Origin: Rhodocyclaceae bacterium
GTDB taxonomy: Bacteria; Pseudomonadota; Gammaproteobacteria; Burkholderiales; Rhodocyclaceae
Length of the DNA: 64,000 nucleotides
Direction of reading: 5' to 3'
Assembly (NCBI GenBank): GCA_041311015.1
Contig: JBFYKG010000001.1
Coordinates: 1,103-65,102, forward strand
The notes beneath the pieces are model-generated. The model was given only the letters and a program-made list of their open reading frames with translations. It did no database searches and was not told where the DNA came from. A program made the translations under genes and the position numbers. Of this stretch, positions 56,170 through 64,000 are shown piece after piece (within the stretch, counting starts at the first letter, position 1; the number at the start of each line of letters is the position of its first letter).

Positions 56170-57843
56170 TTGTCGATGCGAACCCTTTTTAAAACATTTG
56201 TCGCATGTTTGCTTTCGGCATTAGCGCTCAGTGTTCATGCAAATGATGTGTATAACGAAAGCCGTCCAATTGTCGAACTCAAGAACGGCAAGCTCCAGGG
56301 CGTTTCCACGAACGGCATGCAGTCGTTTAAGAACATTCCCTATGCGGCGCCACCCGTTGGTGACTTGCGCTGGCGCCCGCCGCAACCCGCTAGCAACTGG
56401 GAGGGCATCCGTGATGCCAGCCACTTTGGTCAGGCCTGTCCACAGCCCATGGTTACAGGGCTCAATAGTGAGTTGATCCCGGGCAATGAAGATTGCTTGA
56501 AGCTCAACGTCTATGCCCCAATGGAAGCAAAGAAACTGCCCGTTATGGTGTGGTTTCACGGGGGCGGTCTGATTGAGGGGTCAGCTTCCGAACCCTACTA
56601 TCAACCTATTGGGTTAATTAAGGAAGGGGTTGTCGTTGTTACGGTCGATTTCCGTATCGGCAAGTTAGGCTTCTTTGCACCGAAAGTATTGGCCGAAGAA
56701 GCCAATCGCAATGGTGAACCTGTCGGCAACTACGGCACCATGGACCAGATTCATTCACTTAAGTGGGTACGAGACAACATTGCCGCATTTGGGGGCGACC
56801 CGAACAACGTTACGATTTTTGGCCAATCAGCGGGCGGCCGTAGTGTGACATGGCTTATGACCTCTCCCGCTTCCAAGGGTTTATTTCACAAGGCAATCGC
56901 GCAGAGTGCGCAGCAGTTGCCGATGAGGGATCAAACCCGAGAAACTTTTGGCATGGCGCCCGAGGAAGAAATTGATGCCCGGTTTATGCAGTCTTTGGGC
57001 GTCACGACGTTAAAGGAATTGCGAGCGCTCCCGGCAGACAAGTTGCTGATGACACCCACGGAGTTCAGAGACGGTGAGTTTGGCGGCTCATTTGTGGATG
57101 GTCAGATCATTGTTGGCAACTCGGTGCCCTTATTTGCCGCGGGCAAACAGCACAAAGTACCGTTCATGATCGGGACCAATGCCTGGGATGCGAGTTACTT
57201 CATGCTGAGTGCCCCGCCACTCGCAACCTATCTTAAGAATATGGGCGAAGACCCAAAGATCATTAATAAGCTTTACGCTCGTTTCAAAGACAAATGTGCA
57301 CTCACGGCAGAAATCATGGCCGATGGATGGTATCGCGGCACCGTCAAACTATTAGCTGACAACGCCAACAAATCTGCCCCGGCGTACGCTTACAACTATG
57401 CGTATCTCACCAGAACGATTCGCCCAGCACTCATCGGCCCAGGGCATACCTTTGAGCTACCCTATGTATTCGGGGATCTAGGTAATGTCTTGCCAGCGCC
57501 CGCCAAAACGCAATCGGGTGCCGACCGGTGCAAGCGCATCAATCAGGCGCTGGCCGACATGCAGAAGAAGGCCGCTTGGTCACGCTATTGGTTCCCAATG
57601 ACCAATCCAGATGACCCGGAAGATCAGTCAATCTCTGAACAGCTGGCCAAAAGCTGGACGGCGTTTGCCCGCACCGGCAACCCCAACGATGGCGGTCAGG
57701 AAATCTGGCCGCGATACACCATGCGTGATGATGTCATGCGCGAGTTTATCCAGGACAAGCAAGGCGTCGTAAGAGATCTGCATAAGGACCGGGTGGACTA
57801 TCAATTGCAAGTCATCAAGAAAACCTATGGCTTGCCTGAGTGA
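56170..57843 (+). CDS. Exported type-B carboxylesterase
   Basis: IPYAAPPVGDLRW, EDCLKLNV, HGGG, FGGDPNNVTIFGQSAGG and HTFELPYVFG motifs. Confidence 0.92.
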   Translation: MSMRTLFKTFVACLLSALALSVHANDVYNESRPIVELKNGKLQGVSTNGMQSFKNIPYAAPPVGDLRWRPPQPASNWEGIRDASHFGQACPQPMVTGLNSELIPGNEDCLKLNVYAPMEAKKLPVMVWFHGGGLIEGSASEPYYQPIGLIKEGVVVVTVDFRIGKLGFFAPKVLAEEANRNGEPVGNYGTMDQIHSLKWVRDNIAAFGGDPNNVTIFGQSAGGRSVTWLMTSPASKGLFHKAIAQSAQQLPMRDQTRETFGMAPEEEIDARFMQSLGVTTLKELRALPADKLLMTPTEFRDGEFGGSFVDGQIIVGNSVPLFAAGKQHKVPFMIGTNAWDASYFMLSAPPLATYLKNMGEDPKIINKLYARFKDKCALTAEIMADGWYRGTVKLLADNANKSAPAYAYNYAYLTRTIRPALIGPGHTFELPYVFGDLGNVLPAPAKTQSGADRCKRINQALADMQKKAAWSRYWFPMTNPDDPEDQSISEQLAKSWTAFARTGNPNDGGQEIWPRYTMRDDVMREFIQDKQGVVRDLHKDRVDYQLQVIKKTYGLPE

Positions 57844-58147
57844 TGCCTACCTGTGTAACAAGGGCGACGGCGCGCTGCAGCTGACCGTGCACGTGCAACC
57901 CGGCGCCAAGACGACGTCATGCGCGGGCATTCACGGAGATGCGCTCAAGATCCGACTCGCCGCTCCGCCGGTTGATGGCAAGGCCAATCAGGCGCTGATT
58001 GCCTGGCTAGCCCAAACGCTGGCGTGCCCACAGAGCCACATCAGACTGATTCGCGGCCAGACGGGTCGGCGCAAAACGCTGACGATTGATGCCGGTGCGA
58101 AGCTCACACTAATGCGTGCAACGCTAGAGGCACTCGCCGCAAACTAG
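57827..58147 (+). CDS. yggU: DUF167/YggU family protein
   Basis: VHVQPGAK, LKIRLAAPPVDGKAN and G.T.R.K motifs. Confidence 0.9.
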   Translation: MACLSDAYLCNKGDGALQLTVHVQPGAKTTSCAGIHGDALKIRLAAPPVDGKANQALIAWLAQTLACPQSHIRLIRGQTGRRKTLTIDAGAKLTLMRATLEALAAN

Positions 58148-58151
58148 CGGA

Positions 58152-59417
58152 TCAGGCGCGCTCGTAGACCAGCTGACCACCGGCCAGAGTTTTCATGACG
58201 CGGCCCTGCAGGGTGCGGCCCAGGAAGGGCGTGAGTTTGCCGGCGCTACGCAGCGCACTTTCTTCCACCGTCCAGGTGGCTTCCGGATCAAAGAGCACCA
58301 GGTCGGCACGCTGACCGACGGCAATCTGGCCGGCTTCAACGCCGAGAATCTCGGCCGCTTTCGCCGTCACCGGCAGCAGCGAACGGCGCAGCGGCAGGCT
58401 GAGTGATTCGCCCCAGGCCAGTGTGAGCGAGAGCAACAGCTCGATGCCCGTCGCGCCCGGTGCCGCTTCGGCAAACGGTACCCGCTTCACATCGACACCG
58501 CGCGGCGTGTGCGCCGAAACCGCAGCACCCAGCGTGCCCTCTGCCAGACCGAGGCGTAAGGCTTCGCGATCTTCAAAGCCCCGCAGCGGCGGGTCAAAGC
58601 GCGCCAGTGGATCGAAGTAACCGATATCCTGTTCGTACAGGTGCAGGGCGTGGGCGGCCACATCACCGGTCACTGGCAAGCCATCATCCTGCGCGGCCCG
58701 CAGCAGTGCCACACCCTCCGCAGAACTGATCTGGGTAAAGTGAATCCGTGCGCCGGTTTCCCAGGCCAGCGACAGCACGTTCTGCATGGCCATCGTTTCG
58801 GCAGCCACAGGGATCGCCGATAGGCCAAGGCGTGACGACCAGGCGCTGTCGTGGGCAATGCCATCCTTGCTCAGGTAGTACTCGGCCGGTTGCAGCCAGA
58901 CTGGCACGTCGCACGAAGCAGCGTACTGCAGGGCACGCAGCAACACCTTGGTATCAGCCGGCAAGCCGCGGCCTTGCGAGACGGCAATACAACCGGCATC
59001 ACGCAGCAGACTCATCTCGGCGAGCATGGTGCCTGCCAGACCCTGGGTCATCGCGCCAACCGGCAGCACACGCACCTGCGAGACATCTTCGGCATGGCGC
59101 ACGATGCGCTCGGCCAGCTCCGGTTCGTCGATGATCGGGTCCACATCCGGCGGACAGGCCAGCGTGGTCACGCCACCGGCTACCGCGGCCTCCAGTTCGG
59201 CGTCAATGTTACCGGCGATCCGCGCCGACAGATCCACCAACCCTGGCGCGATCACCAGGCCTTTGGCCTCGATCACCTGATCGGCTTTGAAGCCGGCGGG
59301 GGTCTGGCCGATGCCGGCGATTTTGCCATCGGCAACAAAGACCGAGGCGGCATCATCAAACTGCGAGGCCGGGTCAACGACGCGACCGCCGCGAATCTCG
59401 ATGTTCTTGGTATTCAT
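58152..59417 (-). CDS. pyrC: Dihydroorotase-like ATCase partner (PyrC', probably inactive)
   Basis: DHOase fold, but the metal-binding HxH is replaced (PGLVDLSAR); coupled to pyrB. Confidence 0.85.
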   Translation of the reverse strand: MNTKNIEIRGGRVVDPASQFDDAASVFVADGKIAGIGQTPAGFKADQVIEAKGLVIAPGLVDLSARIAGNIDAELEAAVAGGVTTLACPPDVDPIIDEPELAERIVRHAEDVSQVRVLPVGAMTQGLAGTMLAEMSLLRDAGCIAVSQGRGLPADTKVLLRALQYAASCDVPVWLQPAEYYLSKDGIAHDSAWSSRLGLSAIPVAAETMAMQNVLSLAWETGARIHFTQISSAEGVALLRAAQDDGLPVTGDVAAHALHLYEQDIGYFDPLARFDPPLRGFEDREALRLGLAEGTLGAAVSAHTPRGVDVKRVPFAEAAPGATGIELLLSLTLAWGESLSLPLRRSLLPVTAKAAEILGVEAGQIAVGQRADLVLFDPEATWTVEESALRSAGKLTPFLGRTLQGRVMKTLAGGQLVYERA

Positions 59418-60379
59418 GCGCCACCTCCTGCCAGTACGCTCATCACGGCCATTCGCATGGCGATGCCGAAGGTGACCTGCGGCAGAATCACCGCGCGCGG
59501 GCTATCAGCAACCGCCGAGTCGATTTCGACCCCGCGGTTCATGGGGCCCGGGTGCATCACGATCGCATCCGGTTTGGCCGCCTTGAGCCGCTCGTGGGTC
59601 AACCCGTAACGGTCGTGGAATTCGGTGGCCGAGGGCAGCAGCGCGCCGGTCATGCGTTCGCGCTGCAGGCGCAGGGCGATCACCACATCGCAGTCTTTCA
59701 GCCCCGTATCGAGGTCGCGGTGGACTTCTACGCCCAGCGCTTCGATGTCCGTGGGGATCAGGGTCTGCGGCCCGACTACGCGAATCGATGCGGCACCCAG
59801 CGTCTTAAGAGCATGGATGTCCGAGCGTGCGACGCGCGAGTGAAGGATGTCGCCAATCAGCGCCACGTTGAGGCCTTCGAACCCACCCTTGTAGTGGCGG
59901 ATCGTAAACATATCGAGCAGGCCTTGCGTCGGGTGGCCATGCCGACCGTCCCCGGCGTTGATGACATGGATGTCGTTGCGACCCGTGCGGCGCAAGTGAT
60001 CCACGATCAGGTGCGGGGCACCGCTGGACTCATGGCGCACGACAAACATGTCGGCGTGCATAGCGCAGAGGTTGTCGACGGTGTCGAGCAGGGTTTCGCC
60101 CTTGGCGGTAGACGACGTCGACATGTTCAGATTGATCACGTCGGCCGAGAGGCGCTTGGCGGCAATCTCGAAGGTCGTGCGGGTACGCGTCGAGTTTTCG
60201 AAGAAGAGGTTGAAGACGCTCTTGCCGCGCAGCAGCGGCACTTTCTTCATGTCGCGGTCCGAGACCCCGAGGAAGCTCGCACCCGTGTCGAGCAAGCGCG
60301 TCAGCTGCTCTTTCGACAGGCCCTCGGTCGAGAGCAGGTGGATCAGGTTACCGTCGGCATCGAGTTGCGGATCAAGCAT
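59414..60379 (-). CDS. pyrB: Aspartate carbamoyltransferase catalytic subunit
   Basis: [17 protein letters not shown] and HPGPMNRG motifs. Confidence 0.97.
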   Translation of the reverse strand: MLDPQLDADGNLIHLLSTEGLSKEQLTRLLDTGASFLGVSDRDMKKVPLLRGKSVFNLFFENSTRTRTTFEIAAKRLSADVINLNMSTSSTAKGETLLDTVDNLCAMHADMFVVRHESSGAPHLIVDHLRRTGRNDIHVINAGDGRHGHPTQGLLDMFTIRHYKGGFEGLNVALIGDILHSRVARSDIHALKTLGAASIRVVGPQTLIPTDIEALGVEVHRDLDTGLKDCDVVIALRLQRERMTGALLPSATEFHDRYGLTHERLKAAKPDAIVMHPGPMNRGVEIDSAVADSPRAVILPQVTFGIAMRMAVMSVLAGGGA

Positions 60380-60896
60380 CGTCCAGGCTCCAGGTTAATT
60401 GGCCCTTCGGGTCATCAAGCGGGGTTCGGGTCAGCACGAGGCTGGCGTTATCCGGCAGTTCGACCTGCCAGGCACAGTAATCGGCGGCGATCGGCAGTTG
60501 GCGCCCGCCACGATCTGCCAGCACTGCCAGCTGAACGCTGGCCGGCCGGCCATAATCGAAGAGCTCGTTCAGCGCTGCGCGTGTGGTGCGACCGGTGTAG
60601 AGCACATCGTCCACCAGAATCACCGGCTTGCCGGCAATATCGACCGGTACCGAGGTAGGCTGCACATTCGGGCTCAGTCCACGCTCGCTGAAGTCGTCGC
60701 GGTAGAAGGAGATATCAACGCTGCCCACCGGCGGGTGAGATGACAACTGTTGCGAGAGCCGCTCGGCGATCCAGACGCCTCCGGTAAAGACACCGATCAG
60801 CACGGTATCGGGCGCCCGCTCGAACACGGGGCGCAGCTGCTCAGCCAGCGCGCTGATCTGCGCTTCGGCATCGGGAAGGGTTTTCAAGTCAGGCAT
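60372..60896 (-). CDS. pyrR: PyrR/uracil phosphoribosyltransferase
   Basis: [19 protein letters not shown] and DRGGRQLPI motifs. Confidence 0.93.
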   Translation of the reverse strand: MPDLKTLPDAEAQISALAEQLRPVFERAPDTVLIGVFTGGVWIAERLSQQLSSHPPVGSVDISFYRDDFSERGLSPNVQPTSVPVDIAGKPVILVDDVLYTGRTTRAALNELFDYGRPASVQLAVLADRGGRQLPIAADYCAWQVELPDNASLVLTRTPLDDPKGQLTWSLDDA

Positions 60897-61359
60897 GCGC
60901 GCCTCCGGAAAAATTCTGTTGCTGTTGCTGCGACTGTTGTTGTAACCGTTGATCCAGCCATTGCTGCAGAAGAATCTGAGCGGCGACGGCATCGACATTT
61001 GCCTTTGCGGCGCGGGCCGATTGCCCGGCCTGCTGCAGGCGCTGTTCGGCCTCCGCCGAGCTCAGTCGCTCATCGACCCAAGCCACCGGCAGATTAAAGC
61101 GGCCGTGCAGCTGGTTGCCGAAGCGGCGGCAACGCTGTGTCATCTCGTGTTCGGCGCCATCCATTGACGTCGGCAACCCAACCACAACCTGGTGCGGCTG
61201 CCACTCGGCCAGCAGGGCGCCGATCTGTTCGAAGCGCTGTGCGACGGGCTCGCTGGCAATCAGGGTCAGCGGGTGTGCCAGACCGGTGACAGTTTCACCA
61301 ATGGCGACCCCGATCCGGACCGTGCCGAAGTCGAAGCCCATGACCGTGCCCTCAGGCAT
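60889..61359 (-). CDS. ruvX: YqgF/RuvX nuclease
   Basis: GFDFGTVRIGVA, VVGLP, VDERLSS and VDAVAA motifs. Confidence 0.93.
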   Translation of the reverse strand: MPEGTVMGFDFGTVRIGVAIGETVTGLAHPLTLIASEPVAQRFEQIGALLAEWQPHQVVVGLPTSMDGAEHEMTQRCRRFGNQLHGRFNLPVAWVDERLSSAEAEQRLQQAGQSARAAKANVDAVAAQILLQQWLDQRLQQQSQQQQQNFSGGAHA

Positions 61360-61966
61360 GGCCCGCCACATCGGAAAGCCGGTCGAAGCCGATGCCCAGT
61401 TTGGCCAGGGCCGCCGGAAGACGCTCTTCGTACGGTAGATCGAACAGGATCTCGTCATCCGCCGGCACGCTCAGCCAGGCGTTCTGCAGGATTTCGTTGT
61501 CGAGCTGGCCGGGTACCCAGCCCGCGTAGCCCAGTGCCACCAGAATCGAATCGGGGGCGGCCTCGCCACCGACAGATTCCAGAATATCCTTCGAGCTGGT
61601 CAGCGCGATCTTATCGGTGACCTTCATCGTGGCCTGCCAGGGATTGGCCGGCTTGTGCAAAACAAAGGCCCGATCCAGTTGCACCGGGCCGCCGAACAGC
61701 ACCGGTTGCCCCGAGAGTTCGCTATCCGGATTCGCCAGTTCGACGCGTTCAAACAATGAGGCCAGCGTCATGTCTGTGGGCTTGTTCACGACAATGCCCA
61801 TGGCGCCTTGATCGGAGTGTTCACAAAGGTAGATGAGGCTGCGGGCAAAGCGTGGGTCGGTCATGCCCGGCATCGCCACCAGAAAATGCCCTCGCAGCCA
61901 GGTGGCAGACTCTGCCATCCCCGACGATTTTTTTGCAGCGTCCGAGGGTTCGCTGGAAGCGGTCAT
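61352..61966 (-). CDS. yqgE: YqgE/AlgH family protein
   Basis: FLVAMP...DPRF, GAMGIVVNKP, GGPV and GYAGW..GQL motifs. Confidence 0.93.
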   Translation of the reverse strand: MTASSEPSDAAKKSSGMAESATWLRGHFLVAMPGMTDPRFARSLIYLCEHSDQGAMGIVVNKPTDMTLASLFERVELANPDSELSGQPVLFGGPVQLDRAFVLHKPANPWQATMKVTDKIALTSSKDILESVGGEAAPDSILVALGYAGWVPGQLDNEILQNAWLSVPADDEILFDLPYEERLPAALAKLGIGFDRLSDVAGHA

Positions 61967-61985
61967 GTGGCGTATTCTACCGCAA

Positions 61986-63488
61986 ATGTCGAATATCACC
62001 GCCAAAAACCCTGCCGCGCCGGACACCCGACCTGCCCTGGTCTGGCTGCGCCGCGACTTACGTCTGACAGACCATGCCGCGCTCTACCATGCGTTGCGCC
62101 ACCACACCTGCGTTTATGTGGCTTTTGTGTTTGACCGGGACATTCTGGATCCCTTGCCCAGACAGGATCGGCGGGTCGAATTTATCCGTGAATCGCTCGT
62201 TGAACTGGATGTCGCGATGCGTGAGCACGGCGGCGCCCTCATTGCACTACACGGCCACCCCCGCGCGTGTATTCCGGCGCTGGCCCGCGAACTCGGGGTC
62301 AGTGCGGTCTATACCAACCGGGACTACGAACCCGCCGCCGTTATTCGTGACCGGGATGTTGCCCATACGCTAGCGCTGGACGGCATTGCCTTTCACAGCT
62401 TCAAGGATCAGGTGATCTTCGAGTGCGACGAAGTCCTCACGCAGGCGGGCAAACCCTTTACGGTCTACACCCCCTACAAGAATGCCTGGCTCAAAAAGGC
62501 GGCACTCAGTGACGCGGATTTCTTTGTGCGGCCGTATCCGGTCGAACGTTATCTTTCGCACCTGGCGCCCGCCGCAACTACGCCTCAGGCGTGCGGCGTG
62601 CCCACCCTGGCCGCGCTGGGCTTTGAATCAACCGATCTGGCCGCTATCGGCGTGGCGCCGGGCATGCGGGGTGGTCAGGAACGGGTTGCCGACTTCTTCA
62701 CCCGCATCGACCGTTATAAGGAGGCCCGCGACTTCCCCGCAGTCAAAGGCGTCTCGTATCTCTCCGTCCATCTGCGCTTTGGCACCGTGTCGATCCGCCA
62801 GCTGGCCGGCGGCGCCTGGCGCGACGGTAGCGCCGGTGCACTCGGCTGGCTCAGTGAGCTGATCTGGCGCGACTTCTACTTTGCGATCCTGCATCACTTT
62901 CCGCATGCCATCGGCCACGCCTTTAAGCCGGCCTTCGATGCGCTTCAATGGGATACCGAACCCACCTGGCACACCGCCTGGTGCCAGGGCATGACCGGCT
63001 ATCCACTGGTTGATGCCGCACAACGCCAGCTATTCAAGACCGGCTGGATGCACAACCGGCTGCGCATGGTCAGCGCCTCGTTCTACACCAAAGATCTGGG
63101 GCTGGATTGGCGCGATGGCGAGGCCTGGTTTGCCGAATGGCTACTGGATTTTGATCTGTCGGCCAACAACGGCGGCTGGCAGTGGTCCGCCTCCACCGGT
63201 TGCGATGCGCAACCCTGGTTCCGTATCTTCAATCCGGTCACCCAGTCAGAACGTTTTGATCCGCAAGGCAAGTTCATCCGCCGCTACGTGCCCGAACTGG
63301 CCAAGGTGCCCGATAAATATATCCATGCGCCCTGGACGATGCCGCCGGCCATCCAAACTGAGTGCGGTGTACTGATCGGCCGCGATTACCCGGCGCCCAT
63401 CGTGGACCATGCTGAGGCACGGCAACGCACCCTGGCACGTTTTAAAGCAGCCACCGGCGAAGCTGCGGACGTAAAAAAACCGGTCTAA
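61986..63488 (+). CDS. phrB: Deoxyribodipyrimidine photolyase (class I)
   Basis: WLRRDLRL.D, SYLSVHLRFG, ELIWRDFY, GWMHNRLRM and NNGGWQW motifs. Confidence 0.93.
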   Translation: MSNITAKNPAAPDTRPALVWLRRDLRLTDHAALYHALRHHTCVYVAFVFDRDILDPLPRQDRRVEFIRESLVELDVAMREHGGALIALHGHPRACIPALARELGVSAVYTNRDYEPAAVIRDRDVAHTLALDGIAFHSFKDQVIFECDEVLTQAGKPFTVYTPYKNAWLKKAALSDADFFVRPYPVERYLSHLAPAATTPQACGVPTLAALGFESTDLAAIGVAPGMRGGQERVADFFTRIDRYKEARDFPAVKGVSYLSVHLRFGTVSIRQLAGGAWRDGSAGALGWLSELIWRDFYFAILHHFPHAIGHAFKPAFDALQWDTEPTWHTAWCQGMTGYPLVDAAQRQLFKTGWMHNRLRMVSASFYTKDLGLDWRDGEAWFAEWLLDFDLSANNGGWQWSASTGCDAQPWFRIFNPVTQSERFDPQGKFIRRYVPELAKVPDKYIHAPWTMPPAIQTECGVLIGRDYPAPIVDHAEARQRTLARFKAATGEAADVKKPV

Positions 63489-63493
63489 CCCGG
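63473..63493 (-). terminator. Possible weak intrinsic terminator after the pilH-like gene
   Basis: Minus strand CCGG-GTTAGA-CCGG followed by T7; the stem is only 4 bp. Confidence 0.35.
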
Positions 63494-63523
63494 CGATCGA
63501 TGTAAACGCGTTGTGATCTTGAT

Positions 63524-63892
63524 CTAGATGTCCGCAATCCGCGTGAGCAGTTCGTCATCGCTGACCGGCTTCACCAGATAGTCGATGGCGCCCTGGCGCA
63601 ACCCCCAGACTTTATCCGTATCCTGACCCTTGGCGGAGATCAGAATGATGGGGGTTTTAGCCAGCCGTGCATCTTCGCTGCGGGTCAGCGCCCGGGTGGC
63701 CTGATAGCCATTCAGCCCCGGCATCACGACTTCCATCAGAATCAGGTCCGGGTAATCCCGCTTGGCAATCGCCACGCCCTCTTCACCATCCGCCGCCACG
63801 ATGACCTGGTACCCGGCACCACTGAGTGTGTTGACGATCTGGGCCCGCTCCACCGGAGAGGGCTCCACTACTAATATCGTCTGAATGCTCAC
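63524..63892 (-). CDS. pilH: PilH-like single-domain receiver with Asp-to-Glu at the phosphoacceptor
   Basis: VVMPGLNGYQATR, SAKGQDTDKVWGLRQGA and YLVKP are PilH signatures; the phospho-site reads LILME rather than LILMD. Confidence 0.8.
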   Translation of the reverse strand: MSIQTILVVEPSPVERAQIVNTLSGAGYQVIVAADGEEGVAIAKRDYPDLILMEVVMPGLNGYQATRALTRSEDARLAKTPIILISAKGQDTDKVWGLRQGAIDYLVKPVSDDELLTRIADI

Positions 63893-63918
63893 CCGGGGTT
63901 CCTGTTTGATCTATCGAA

Positions 63919-64000
63919 TCAGAGTTCGATCATCTCGAAGTCTTCTTTGCGAAGACCACATTCCGGACAGACCCAGTTCATGGGCACATCGGCCCACAGG
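63919..64000 (-). CDS. Rubredoxin, 3' part only (gene starts beyond the window)
   Basis: Manual translation LWADVPMNWVCPECGLRKEDFEMIEL* contains the WxCPxCG motif. Confidence 0.9.
   Translation of the reverse strand, partial: LWADVPMNWVCPECGLRKEDFEMIEL

Noticed and set aside
50851-57843. AT-richer genes as integron cassettes or part of a mobile element
   Set aside because: No attC-like inverted repeats, integrase, transposase or target-site duplications were seen.
58152-59417. Dihydroorotase lacking metal ligands, considered as a pseudogene or novelty
   Set aside because: Matches the known inactive PyrC' structural subunit of Pseudomonas-type ATCase; the ORF is intact.
59552-60658. 368-aa plus-strand ORF, and similar ones at 12597-13412, 19994-20938 and 20954-21745
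   Set aside because: Antisense shadows of well-supported genes.
60897-60998. PyrR attenuator upstream of pyrR
   Set aside because: The region is yqgF coding sequence; no terminator/antiterminator structure is evident.

Overview
Gene-dense chromosomal segment of a betaproteobacterium; gene content and order look Rhodocyclales/Burkholderiales-like, and the very short intergenic spacers suggest a compact genome. No rRNA, tRNA, CRISPR array, transposase or prophage was seen. Most genes are housekeeping: phasin, AddAB-like helicase/nuclease pair, uppP-rnb-tonB-aroE-mtgA, gabD, rng, trhP, nadD-rsfS-rlmH-maf, polA, hemJ, rlmL, pilT/yggS-proC, yqgE-yqgF-pyrR-pyrB-pyrC', photolyase and rubredoxin. 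The strongest candidate for an uncharacterised system is a ~10.5 kb six-gene peptide ligase/peptidase locus (14770-25255). It encodes two circularly permuted ATP-grasp ligases, alpha-E domains, an Anbu proteasome-like NTN protease, a transglutaminase-DUF2126 fusion and a transglutaminase. It carries two sigma54 promoters and tandem NtrC-type enhancer sites readable in the DNA, which points to nitrogen-limitation control. Other notable items: (1) an orphan PilH-like receiver whose phosphoacceptor Asp is replaced by Glu, at the site where the Pil-Chp cluster usually lies; (2) AT-richer exported hydrolase and outer-membrane genes in the usual pilU and yggT positions; (3) PhaR-like operators at the phasin and CBS/SCO promoters; (4) several apparently leaderless genes; (5) RsfS with a histone-H1-like tail. 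All family calls come from motif recognition by eye; no database searches were run.
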